DNA from: Squalus acanthias
Taxonomy: Eukaryota
Assembly (NCBI GenBank): GCA_030390025.1
Contig: CM059432.1
Coordinates: 91,452,001-91,516,000, forward strand
Direction: 5' to 3'
DNA: 64,000 bases
A program made the translations under genes and the position numbers. Numbering within the stretch: the stretch's first letter is position 1; every line of letters starts with the position of its first letter. Under the pieces are notes generated by a model that was not told the DNA's origin, did no database searches, and saw only the letters and a list, made by a program, of their open reading frames with translations. Below, in pieces: positions 47,209 to 59,524 of the stretch.

Positions 47209-49263
47209 GTACCGAAACAGCTCTTCCCAAAGTCACAAATGACATCCTATGTGACACTGACAAAGTTAAACTGTCCATTCTCGTCCTTCTCGATCTGTCT
47301 GCAGTCTTTGACACGTTGACCACTCCATCCTTCTCCAATGCCTCTCCACCATTGTCCCGCTGGGTGGGACTGCACTCGCCTGGTTCTATTCTTATCTATT
47401 TAATCGTAACCAGAGAATCACCTGCAACGGCTTCTCTTCTTGCTCCCGCATCATTACCTCTGGTGTCCCCCAAGGATTTAACCTTGGGCCCCTCCTATTT
47501 CTCATCTACATGCCACCCCTCGGTGACATCATCAGAAAACACTGTCAGTTTTCACATGTATGCTGACGACACCCAGCTCTACCCCACCACCTCTTCTCTC
47601 GACCCATCCACTGTCTCTAAATTGTCAGACTGCTTGTCTGACATCCAGTACTAGATGAGCAGAAATTTTCTCCAACTAACTATTGGGAAAACCGAAGTCA
47701 TTGGCCCAAAAATTCGTGAGGGAGCCTCCGTGCGAGGGTAAGGCTTCCCCGCGATCTCTCACTGCGCGCTGGCTTTTTCAGTCCCAGCTCGCACGAACTT
47801 GATGTTCTGGACAGCAGCTGTGCAGGGCTTCCGTATCCCACAGGCGTAGTTAATTCGTGCGAGCTGTGGGATCACGTGACTCAGTTAGAGCCAATGGCAG
47901 CACACCATCTTTCATTCATAGCTTTCACATAAGTGCTGTGAAAGCTATGAATCTATACCCCCCCAAAAGAACAGCTAAACCTCAATTAAATTTTTAAAAA
48001 ACCATCACATTAATAAAATAAGTATAGTTAAATAAATTAACCATTTTAAATAAAAAATTAAATTTTTGAAAAAATTTAAAATCTTTTAAAAAGTTATAAA
48101 AATAAACTTACCTGTCTTTAAAGTCTCTAAAAAAAGATATACCTGTTTAAAAAAAATTCAAAATAATACTTAATTAACTACTTACCTTGTTAAAAGAGGG
48201 TCTTACGCCTCCTTTCTTTATGTGTAAAATCTTCCATACTTACCTGCGCGTTCAAAGCACTAAGTGCACTGCGTGCGCGCAGCCTGTAGCGCGCACGCGG
48301 TTCACTTAGGAACCGCCCCCTTTTGAATTCACCAAGTGCCGGTTTTCAGCGCATGCACAGTGCATGCAGAAAACCGGCAATTGGAGACAGAATATGCGAG
48401 AGTACACAGTGCGTACTCTCGCGTAGCAACACACATTTTTGGGCCATTGTCTTTGGTCCCCACCACAAACTCTGTTCCCCAGCCACTGACTCCATCCCTC
48501 TCCCTAGCAGCTGTCTGAGGCTAAACCAGACTGTTCGCAACCTTGGTGTCATATTTCAACCTGAAATGCGCTTGCGACTACATATCCACACCACAACTAA
48601 GACTGCCTATTTCCACCTCCGTAACATTGCCCAACTCCGCCCCTGCCTCAGTTCATCTGCTGCTGAAACCCTCATCCATGCCTTTGTTAGCTCTAGACTT
48701 GACTATTCCAATGCATTCCTGCCTGGCCTCCCACGTTCTACCCTATATAAACTTGAGGTCATCCAAAACTCGGCTGACCGTGTCCTAACTCGCACCAAGT
48801 TCCGTTCACCCATCACGCCTGTGCTCGCTGACCTACATTGGCTCCCGGTTAAACAACACCTTTATTTCAGAATTCTCATCCTTGTTTTCAAATCCCTCCA
48901 TGGCCTCGCCCCTCCCTATCTCTAATCTTCTTCAGCCCCATAATCCCCTGAGATATCTGCGCTCCTCAAATTCTGCCCTCTTGAGCATCCCTGATTATAA
49001 TCGCTCAACCATCAGTGGCCGTGCCTTCAGCTGCCAAGGCCCTAAACTCTGGAATTCCCTCCCTAAACCTCTCCGCCGCTCTACCTCTCTCATTTAAGCC
49101 GCTCCTTAAAACCTATCTCTTTGGCCAAGCTTTTGGTCACCTACCCTAATTTCTCCTTATTAGGCTCAGTGTCAAATTCTGTTTTATAACACTCCTGTGA
49201 AGCGTCTTGAGACGTTTTGCTATGTTAAAGACGCTATATAAATTCAAGTTGTTGTTGTTGTTG
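47209..49263 (+). mobile_element. L2 LINE 3' half, interrupted by a MITE
   Basis: STETAL, LLDLSAVFD, GVPQG, HMYADDTQLY, IHAFVSSRLDYSN, LHWLPV; (GTT)n tail. Confidence 0.92.
47703..48445. mobile_element. Harbinger-type MITE (743 bp)
   Basis: Perfect TIR GGCCCAAAAAT; TSD ATT (47700-47702, 48446-48448); L2 frame continuous across the empty site. Confidence 0.92.
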
Positions 49264-50620
49264 TTTATTTCCCCCTGCACTATCTGGATTAATCTAAAAT
49301 AGCTCAAAGGTAGAGGTATGGAAAGACTATTAGGAGAGTGTTTAAGGAGAAGTACAGTGAAGGAAAGAATAAGAAAAAAGTAGAAGTGATGTATGATTGG
49401 GTCAGAATCACAGTGTTTATGTGTGAATGTATAAAGTATTAGAAATAAGTTGAAATTAGAAGCACTAATTAGAATGGAGGGACTTGATATATTTTGTTCC
49501 CAATCTTACCTCTATTGAAGTCAAGAAACTTGGCTTCAGTCTGGGCAAAACTCGGAACTAAATATTTCCTGCTACAACATTTTCAGGAGAGATAAGGAAG
49601 GAAAGAAGGAAGGGGAGGTGGTCGTATTAATTAAAGATCCAGTTACCGCCATAGAATGGAAAGTTGTTAATAATGCTTATGCTCAGTCTATTAAGGAATA
49701 TGTTACCATATTGGGATACAATTATAGATCACCAAAAAGTAGGGATGAATTTGAGGATGATACTTGTAGAGATTTTAGATAGTTTTCCAGTCGTAAGAGT
49801 GATAATAATGGGGTACTTCTATCCTAAGGTAGATTAGGATAAGACAAGGTTAGTGGTCAGAATGAGGAAGGGTTCTGTTTTATTAATCAGTCTGCTGCAT
49901 GTCCAGCAAGGAAAGATGCAGTGCTAGATCTGGTTCTGGGTAACCGAGCAAGGCAAGTAAATTGAGGATAGGAGAAGACTTGGGAAATAGTGACCATAAC
50001 ATAATTACATTCACCTTGAAAACTGATAAAGAAAAAGCATATCCTAAGATAAACATGTTGGCCTGGAAATTAGTAAATTTCATTGAAAGAGAACCTGATT
50101 AATTGTTTGGAAGAAATGGCAGATCAAACAGCAGGCCAGCATATGTAATTATGGGATGGATAAGGTGCAGGTTAAATACATTCTGACTGGGAGTAAAAGG
50201 CTTGCATCAAAGGTAGGAGTTCCATGGCTAGAGAAGCTAGAACAGAATGAGTTGTTTTTTTAAAAAAGAGGCATATGATAAATACAGAAAATGAGAAATA
50301 TAGAAGGGAAGCAAAAATGGAGATTAGGAAGACTAAGAAGGAATATGAAAGAAGACTGGTATCAGCATGAAGGAAATTGCAATGGCTTTTATAAGTACAT
50401 AAGAAGTAAGTGGATAGTCAAAGAAGCAGGGGGACCACTTACAGATGAAAGAGTTTTCTTTTACTTGACCATGAGGGAAAAGCCGGTGTTACAAATTTTG
50501 GGTCTGCATTAGATATCCTCTCTGGAGGTACAGCGGTGCTAATCACTCCCATAAGTGGTATGAACATCTTGAATTCAGGAGTGTGTCCATACTGACCAAT
50601 ATGTAAATATACAATAGCAT

Positions 50621-51079
50621 AAAGAACTTGCATTTATATATCGCTTTTCACAATCTCAGGATGTCCCAAAGCACATTACAGCCAATGAAGTACTTTTTTT
50701 GAAGTGTAGTTGCTGTCGTAATGTAGGGAAATGCAGCAGCCAATTTGCGCACAGCAAGGTTCCACAAGCTGCAATGAGATAATGACCAGACAATCTAATT
50801 TAGTGATGTTGGTGGCACAATAAATATTGGCCAGGACACCAAGGAGATCTCCCATGCTTGTCTTTGAATAGTGCCATGGGATCTTTTACGTCCAGCTATG
50901 AGGGTAGACTGGGCTGCAGTTTAACGTCTCCTCTGAAAGACGTCCCCTCCGACAGTGCAGCTCCTCCTCAGTAGTGCACTGAAGTATCAGCCTCGATTTT
51001 GTGCTCCAGTCTCTGGAGAGGAACTTGAACCCACAACCTTCTGAGAGGCGAGAGTGCTACCACTGAGCCAATGCTGACA
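50621..51079 (-). mobile_element. tRNA-derived Deu-domain SINE
   Basis: Reverse-complement homolog of 42885-43349. Confidence 0.85.
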
Positions 51080-51840
51080 CATGTGAAATGAGGCCAGATA
51101 CAAATTGTTAAACTGCTTTATTTTACAGACAGAAAATTCATGTACAGAATAACAGATATAATCAATTTTTATCTTGATTCAACTAACTACTGAATGCTCC
51201 TTGAGTACAAGAAAAATAATAAAAAATATGCCACACTTATCCCTATTAGCAGTCTTGCTCAGCATTTTCTGATCAGCCTTCTCTTTCTGACTGGCTCTGG
51301 GTTTGAGATGAGTGAGTTTCTTCCTCGTTGGATCCGGTTTCCTCCCCAGACCTTGCCAGCTTTATAGCACAGTGCAACATTAGCATTTTGTTTACCAGCC
51401 TAGGCTTTTATCAATGAGTTCAAACTTCGATTAGTTAAAAGGATCCTTCCGGAGCCTAATCAATATATATTTTGGTGTCACTTAATACTCCTGTGTGAAG
51501 AGTGTCTCTTTTGGGCGGTTTCCATTTTTCCTACTGCTGTTATGTGTTAGCTCATTGGCCTATCTATTTATCTATAATGATGGTGGTGTATATGATCCCG
51601 GAATCCTTACATAACTCTCAAAGGGAAGTTGTATTAAATTGATGAAGCATATCCTGACATAGAAAAATGTGACATTCAAAATTGAGCTCTGGAGGCATTA
51701 AAGACTTTTTCCCGCAATCTTCGGTTTGGATGTTTTGCATTCTATTTCTGGTTACTCCAGCACACATCTTTTCTGGCACACTAAGCAAGAAAGGAAAGCA
51801 AAATCTTCGTGTACTGCAAGTGAATTGTGGTGCATTGTAT

Positions 51841-51934
51841 CGCACTTCACCTGACGAAGGAGCAGCGCTCCGAAAGCTTGTGATTTCAAATAAAGCTGTT
51901 GGACTATAACCTGGTGTTGTGCGACTTCTCACAT
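51841..51934 (+). mobile_element. Solo Penelope terminal mini-fragment
   Basis: Near-identical to 5230-5325; flanked by TTGTAT (51835-51840, 51935-51940). Confidence 0.88.
51847..51883 (+). ncRNA. Minimal hammerhead ribozyme motif (intact core)
   Basis: Identical to 5234-5270. Confidence 0.8.
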
Positions 51935-53234
51935 TTGTATTTTATGTTCGTGAAATTTTGAGGTTGGTGTTGGGCAGCAAAACTGTCAATTTAACAATAA
52001 TTGCTGTCATTATCAGAATTATTTACTTACATAATTATAAATTAAACTAGAAGAAAAGGTGAAAGAATATTTTTTCACATAGAGGATTCTGAGAACATGG
52101 CTGATGAGGCAGAGACAATATCATTTTAAGATAATTGGATAAATATTTGAAAAGGAAGAATATCAAAGCCTATGAGAAAGGGCAGGGAAATAGGATTAGA
52201 GTACATAGCTCCAGTTGAACAGCTTAACAGCACAGACACATTGAACTGAATGACCTCCATTTCTGCTGTAATTTCTGCGATTTTTAATTTCAACAGAAAT
52301 AGTACCAAGGAATCCCACAACTTTTGATAGATTACTCAAACATAATTATTCAAAATGCAGATGCATGTATTGTCCAAATTGTTAGTTCTTTTATTTTATG
52401 CCACTGGTTTGTGAAGTAATTGTACAACATGTTGACTGGTGCTATTTTCGAAAGGTCCTGGCATGAGACACCTACAGCTACAGTGTGTGATGAATGAGTC
52501 ATAAAGTGCACCCAGTAGTTTAGCTCATCTCAAGCCTCTTGCACCAAAATTTTAACAATTACAAAAGCTGCAACTAAATAAAAATTACACACACAAAGTA
52601 AAATCTTACATTTAAGTACATAGATGACACATGCTCATCGATGCCACGTATTAGTCCAAAATACTAGATTCCATCACCATAAATGGTGGCTACAACTCCA
52701 CAAATCTCAAAACAAGAGATTTTTTTGTAAAAAAAACGGAATGAATGGTTGGCTCCTGTGTATAGTGTCAAGCATTTGTGACTGTTAACTGCATAATTAA
52801 TTCATCAATTTGTTGTTTGTTGGTAATATTTGCTGCTGATTTAAAATTTGTAAATTGTGGAGTCTGCTGTAGATCATCTGTTCACTCTGCATTTACATTT
52901 TGTTGCTATGGTACATTGGAGCTTTTAATATTGTTGTTATGATGACTGCCAAAGCTTATAAATATGCAATTTGTAAAGACTTAAGTATTACATATGTGAC
53001 TTCAAATAAATATGCCAAATATTGTCAGGATCAAAGAACGATATGTGAAACTTGATATACAATGGCAATAGATCCATATTTGACACTTGAAAGAGAAATT
53101 ATATTTAATATCCACTCAATCTCGACATCAGTTGTTGAATTTTCCCTTCTACCTTGGTTGAAAGATTAAATTTGTGATGTAAGTTGGTCATGTGACCTTT
53201 TCCAGTCTGAATGTTGGTAGCAGGTCAATGATAC

Positions 53235-53970
53235 TAAGGCTTGGAAAAAGAGAGAGGGTAAGTTGGCATGGGGTGGATTAATCACAATACTAATCCAACA
53301 GCCAGTTTTACCCTCCATTCCTGATGAGAACTGTGTTGGGTGTGTGGGGGTTAAAACATCAGCGACGTGGTACTTAACTTGTTCATGCTGGACTCGTGCC
53401 CTCCGCCATTTTGACAAGTGTATTTAGGGAAACGTCAGAAGCCCTTGACCCAGGTAGGGCGAGGGCATCATTGAAGTGCAAAAGTCGGGGTCTGATGATG
53501 TCATTTAGACCTGATGATGAGATTTTAACACATGGTTGCCCTTTCATCACCTGGTGCCGTTCTTGCCAGAGAAACCACGCAGGAGCAGGCCCAGAAAAGG
53601 GGTGAGAAGGTAAGTTAATTTTATTTTTTCATGTTTCCTTGTTGGGGCCAGGCTCCAGGGCCCACAAGGAAACATTAACCCTCTTCTGCCCCGGGCTCCT
53701 CCCCCAACCGCAATTGCATCCAACCCCCTCCCGTGTACTTACCTGACTGCTGGGGACTGTTCTTGCAGGTCCCCAGCAGCGGCCTCCTGCCCCACCCCCG
53801 CCCCCTGATCGCCACGTCATTCTCACTGGATGCGGGCAGGGGTAGGGCCTGGAGTATGGTAATGAGGCCCAGGAGTCTAAATGGCCCAGGCCTTGTGCTG
53901 GTGTGTTGTGACGAGCCTGCCACTCGCCCCATGCTCTCCTCTTGCTCCAGGTTAAAATCGTGCTCCAATT
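53235..53970. mobile_element. Old GC-rich non-autonomous DNA element
   Basis: Shares interior motifs (aaggtaag...ttgttggggccagg) with MITEs at 11307 and 477; ends uncertain. Confidence 0.4.
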
Positions 53971-54364
53971 TTAGTGTTTTATGCCATTGCTACTTCCAGT
54001 GGATACATTCAGTAGAACCTGCTCTGGTTTTACTCAAGAGGACGAGCTGTAAATCTAGTTTCCAGCACCATTAATAGCTTGAATATGGTTTCCAATCCTT
54101 TCCTTAGCTGGACAACTGATTTATGTAAGTAGCCCACTCAACAAGGATGTTAGAATATGAAGAGTTTGAAATACTTCTTCAAGGTAAAACATTCTAAGAT
54201 TTGGAGAGGAACTAATTTTCAGCTACTAACAGCACTTGGGGAGATTATCTTTAAAGAAAACTGTGTGTGGTCATGTCAAACAGAGTCAAGGTGCTTTCTA
54301 GAAAGAAAGTGGGGACCATTGGTGGACTTGTCATTTCACATGGCTCTCACTCGCATCATAGTAA

Positions 54365-54790
54365 AAGCATAGGAACAGGAGTACGCTATTCAGCCCCTCG
54401 AGCCTGCTCTGTCATTCAATGAGATCATGGTTGATCTGTATCCTAACTCCATCCACCCACCTTGGCTCCTTTATCCCTTAATACCCTTGGCTAGCAAAAA
54501 TCTATCGATCTCAGATTTATTAAATTATTAATTGAGCTAGCATTTACTGCTTTTTTTGGGAGAGAGTTCCACACTTCTAATCTTTTTGCGTGAAGAAGTG
54601 TTTCCTAGCTTCTTCTCCTGAATGACCTGGCTCTGATTTTAAGATTGGGTCACCATGTCCTAGATTCCCCCACCAGCAGAAAAAAATTCTACCTAGCTAC
54701 CCTGTCAATTCCTTTCACGATCCTAAAAACTCAATCAAATCACCCCTTAACCTTCTATATTCCAGGGAATACAAGCCTAGTTTATGTAGT
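54365..54790 (-). mobile_element. CR1 3' fragment
   Basis: cataggaacaggagta...ttcagcccctcgagcctgctc 3' UTR plus decayed ORF2 end. Confidence 0.8.
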
Positions 54791-55723
54791 GTCTAGTTTA
54801 AGCACATTAGAAGTTAACTGCTTGCCTGTTTCATTGAGTTATAGTGCATACCAATGGAGTGAGAAGGTGCAAGAAAGCCATTTTAAAATGGATTGGAGGA
54901 AATAAAGTTTAGAAAAGCTACATTTGTGCCATCACTATGATGCATGATAAAGTTGTTCCACTGAACATTGCTAATCCAATTTATAACGTGACATTTCCAG
55001 CAGTGATTTGGAGCAGAGGTTTATGATTGCCCTGAGTCACTCCAGGAACGACCTGTGGAAAGCTGTCGGGAGCTGAGCTTGTTCCTGACTGCTGGAAACA
55101 TTCACCGCAGGAGACAAGGACATTGAATTCCTGTCCTTCAAACACTTCATAATTTAATCTATTTGTTCAACACTTTCTATTAACTTGCTATTTATTTTCT
55201 TGAAATGATAAAAGCGACACTTCATTCAAAGTTGCAGAATAGTATTAAATATAGTGCAAAGTTCTTTTAACACCATATAGATTATAGGCTTCAAACTGGT
55301 GTTTTTGAACCCTCTTGGGGAGGGATTCCAGTGTTTGATAAACTCAGCATTTTTTTTTGGTTCACTGATGTAAAATGCTTTTTGAAGTCCCAAGGAGTGA
55401 GTCGGTATTTGCAGGGGGTTCCCTATGCAATGTTAGATAACCACTGGTGTAGCAATTCAATGGTCCTAATATTAAATGCTTTACAGTGGACCCACTTCAG
55501 GGTCCCTGGCAGATCATGAAAACAGGTGGGTAATCAAGAGTCCCGAAATTTTGTTTTACAATTTGATACAGAAGTGATGATGATTACAATACAAATAATA
55601 AAAGAAAATGATGTAGTTTTAACTTCTCACACAAGACTTTATCCTATGAAAACTTTGGTGGGTAATTAGGAAGAAAGATAATTGGCGTATGGATAATGAA
55701 GGTTCTACTGTGTCACTAATGTA

Positions 55724-56148
55724 CAGGAAACTTTCGTTTATCCGGCATCGACGGGACCGGCGTGGTGCCGGTTTATCGAAAGTACCGGATAACAGAGAGT
55801 TATATCTACCGAGGCTATTTTTAACAAAGAGACTCCAGGCAGCGCGGGAGAATCAACTCCTGCTACTGCAATGTTTCGGACTTACAACAGCGCCAGGAGG
55901 CCGAGTAGTGGCACTTTTGAAAAGTACCCCTGCTGACTAAATCGGCGTTCGCGGACTCTGACTCGGACTCGGGATCGGCAACATTGCCGGTTATTTGAGA
56001 GGATTTTTCGGAGCACTCGGCGTTCGCGGAGACTCGACTGCGACTCGGCAACATTGCCGGTTATTTGAGAGGAGTTTTCAGAGGATGATTTTTGCCGGTT
56101 AAGCGAGAATTCCGGATATTTGGGTGCCGGATAAACGAAAGTTTCCTG
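55724..56148. mobile_element. Tc1/mariner (pogo/Tigger-type) MITE, 425 bp
   Basis: Perfect 24-bp TIR CAGGAAACTTTCGTTTATCCGGCA; TA TSD; CpG-rich; internal ~70-bp imperfect duplication. Confidence 0.93.
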
Positions 56149-57174
56149 TATTACAGCACATTTTTCCACGATATGTGAATAATTTGTCTCACTGAAAAGA
56201 ATTTTGTAATTTGCTTCATATTTGTACAGACGAATCACTTGGCCATAACTTGAATGCATTTGTAGAATTTGTAGCACAGAAACCGTCTATTTTGCTGGTG
56301 TTTTTCTCCACATAAGATGCCTCATCCAATCCTGCTCTCCTACCCATTCCCCATACCTCTTTCTCGTCAATGTTCCTGTTTTTTCAAACAATAATCTAAT
56401 TTCCTTTTAAAAGTGATTATGGATTCTGCTTCAACAAGGGTTTGTGGCAAATAATTCCACATTCTAATCATGCTCTGTGTAAAGGCATTGGAATAGAGTA
56501 TTCGTCTTCACCGCCTGGGCAGTAATCTGCCTGTCCATTAATAGAACCTGCCCAATTTTCATTCCATTGATTTTTACCCCTGCCCAATACTGCCAGAAAG
56601 CCTGTGTCAAAATACAGGAAATTCCTGCCTTCAGTGTCTGAGCTCACACATGAAGAATGGAACCTGGGCAAGCGAGGTACTGGAAGTTGTTGGCGCCCAT
56701 ATAACCATATCCAAGCAAGAGAAGAAAGGAGAAAAGAAATGTGGGGGGAGAGACGGAAATACAAAACTACATTTTAGAGGGATAGTGCCTCTTATAATAA
56801 AGATGGGTGAGCTGTAGATTACAAAGAAACTGACACTTTAACTGTTGAGCTGAAATAGACAGGAAATAAAGGGGGGGAAATTAAAAATCATTTGGGAAAT
56901 GCCAGTATTATGCGGTGAAAACATGCATTTACATCTACCATAGATTTAGTCATCCTGACATCACAATGCTAAGAATAGGACAAAAGGGGGTTGTCACCAT
57001 GATTGAAATGTCTTTCAAAACATTTTACTACATTAGTATAAGGAGTACTGTGTGTGATAATGGAGGTGGTGCAACAGTCATCCAAATTATTATTTTTCTC
57101 AACATATATATTTGCGACCTACATTGATCAAGTTTCTATTGCAGCTGAGTAAACATCTCCTGCAGGATGAGTAA

Positions 57175-57452
57175 AAGGGTCGCCCTTTTAGAACTGAGAT
57201 GAGGAGGAATTTCTTCTCTCAGAGGGTCGTAAATCTGTGGAATTCTCTGCCCCAGAGAGCCGTGGAGGCTGGGTCATTAAATACATTTAAGGTGGAGATA
57301 GACAGATTTTTGCAAGATAAGGGAGTGAAGGGTTATGGGGAGCGGGCAGGGAAGTGGCTTTGAGCCCAAGATCAGCCATGATCTTATTGAATGGCGGAGT
57401 AGGCTCGAGGGGCCAAGTGCCTATTCCTGCTCCTATTTCTTATGTTCTTATG
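57175..57452 (+). mobile_element. CR1 3' fragment
   Basis: FRTEMRRNFFSQRVVNLWNSLPQRAVEA plus UTR ending (TTCTTATG)n. Confidence 0.88.
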
Positions 57453-59372
57453 AACCTGCCAGACAATTCATTAGAGTTTATTGAGAAGCTGCTCTATCCA
57501 CATTCTGCATTTACTACATGTTTAAAGTTCCATTCAGTATAATCTCACTGAAACTGACCATCAAAAATGTTTCCATGTATAATATTTGTGTTCTAATTAT
57601 AAATAATAAAACCTCTAACTGGATAATCACAACACAGAAAGAAAGGAAACCTATGCATAGTTGCTAGGGTTGCCTATGGTATGAAGAAATGCATTCTTGA
57701 TTAATTGTTAATTCATTATAAGTTTGTGCATTGGCTTAATTTTTGATACAGATGTCATAGTAATGTCAAATCATTGTCAGTCTTGATATGTAATTGCAAG
57801 TAACCAACACTGGATTATATGCTTTTTTTTTAATGGACATGTATCTGCATTTCTTATTTAAAGGCTACAGATGTGTTTGGCTAGACTGCCCACACTCCGG
57901 AGCATTATTAAGCATGTGGATATACATAACTCTTTAATCACCACTTGTGTGCTGTGGTGTAATGCTCCAGTGTTTTTTAAAATTACAAAGAAAACCCATG
58001 ATTTTAGAACAAACCTTAAAAGAAAAACCCCAAAATGGAAATTAGCAATATGTATCCTAATATAAATTTCAAATTCATTCTGATCATTGATTCTTATTAA
58101 CATATTTGACTTAGTCAACAAACCACCTAGAGTCCATATAAACACACATTAGCAATTCTGTTAATGGACATCGATTACATGGGCTCATTAAAAGTGGGCC
58201 TATTATTGGGCCTTACAACTGGGCTCCTTACCAGGGATGATCGAGACTAGAAGTAAATGAGAAAGTCTAATGACTGCACCTTCACATGTGAATCCAATAG
58301 TGAGTGGATGTCACAACACTGGGACATCAAGGCAGTGATTTTTATTTCCCTATTGCCCTTTTTAAGCTGAAAAATGGGGCGGTAGGCAGACAATTTTTTT
58401 ATAAACTACCACGCACTGGCCATCCAAGGCCCATCCCACTCGACTTTTCGAGCATGCCTTGAAAGGGTAGCCAGGGCACCTGCCCGAAACAAGCGAGAAC
58501 CTTACTTAAATCGGGCACATATGCCAGTTATGACCACAATGCAGTTTTCAGGAAACATTGGGCGAAGTGTGCCTTAAAGGGGCCACTGCAGGCCGCTCCA
58601 AAAATGCTTCCAAAAGACCTTTTTGTCACTGATTTTTGTAGGGCCTGGAAGAGCAAAAAACCTACTGGCCCACTGCCGGTCCTTCCGTGCTTCTCTTTCT
58701 CCTACAAACCCCCCGCCCCACCCTACTCCTTTAACCAGGAGCTGCCAGATTTTCATCCTCCCCCAATTGGCAAACTGTCTGTTGGTGCTTGTTGAGTGGC
58801 AGCAACTCACCCAAATCATGCAGATGAGACCTGACCATGAAAATGGTGCGGGCCTCCCGCTGGTGTCACTGGGCGAGAGTAGACCACTGTCCGCCCAATC
58901 TGCTCCAAATTTGAAAATTGTCTTCTCAGGGCTTCTTATTGCTTAAACATCCTCTATTCCATTCTATGTCACCAATTTCAAAATAGTATTTTTGGGTTGT
59001 TAAAAATATATAGGTAGGGAAAGATGAAAGCAAAATACCTTGGGGGTTTAGTTGATTATTTCAGCTTCACAATTAAAACCATCATATCATTTTTCAGCAT
59101 CAATTATGTTTCTTGCTTTGTAGTTCTCCCTGTTTCCATTATTCAATGTAAAACATAGAGAGACAGACAGAATTCCCTAAAATCAATACCGGAATTTTTT
59201 TATATGGACATGTTTTAATGTGTGGCAGACTGTTAGGATACAAGCTCATTTTGGGGATTTCTACAGTCAGTGGATTTCAGCGCTGTCGGGGACATGATCT
59301 GACTAGAAATAAAAACAGAAAATGTTGGAAACGCACAACCGATCTATTGACATCAGTAAAAATAAATGACGT

Positions 59373-59524
59373 GGGGTAAAATTCAAATTTGGAGGTGTAA
59401 AATGGGCCGTAGCGGATTGGGGGTCTGATTTTCCTTTCTATTGACTGCAATGAAGAGGAAAATTGGGCAGGGTATATTATAGGTAGCCGACGAGCTATCG
59501 CCCACTGCAGTTGAAATTTACTCC
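59373..59524. mobile_element. Short old Harbinger-type MITE
   Basis: GGGGTAAAATTCAA / TTGAAATTTACTCC ends; central palindrome ttttcctttctattgactgcaatgaagaggaaaa. Confidence 0.6.

Larger units (their letters stand above)
44960..50460 (+). mobile_element. Highly decayed CR1 (ORF1 esterase and ORF2 endonuclease remnants) hosting RTE, L2 and MITE insertions
   Basis: GDSII...SRM ORF1 SGNH-like remnant at ~45150; VISxLLPV at ~47040; LGNSDHNII endonuclease motif at ~49980. Confidence 0.55.

Noticed and set aside
51225..51355. Possible minus-strand coding exon (GLGRKPDPTRKKLTHLKPRASQKEKADQKMLSK)
   Set aside because: No convincing splice sites and no recognisable homology
55940..56075. CRISPR-like or satellite array
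   Set aside because: Only two units, inside a MITE in eukaryotic DNA; no repeat-spacer structure anywhere in the window
56590..56780. Short plus-strand open frame in unique sequence
   Set aside because: No recognised protein and weak splice support
58331..58925. Additional old MITE
   Set aside because: GC-rich and loosely similar to 477-1455, but termini and TSD could not be defined
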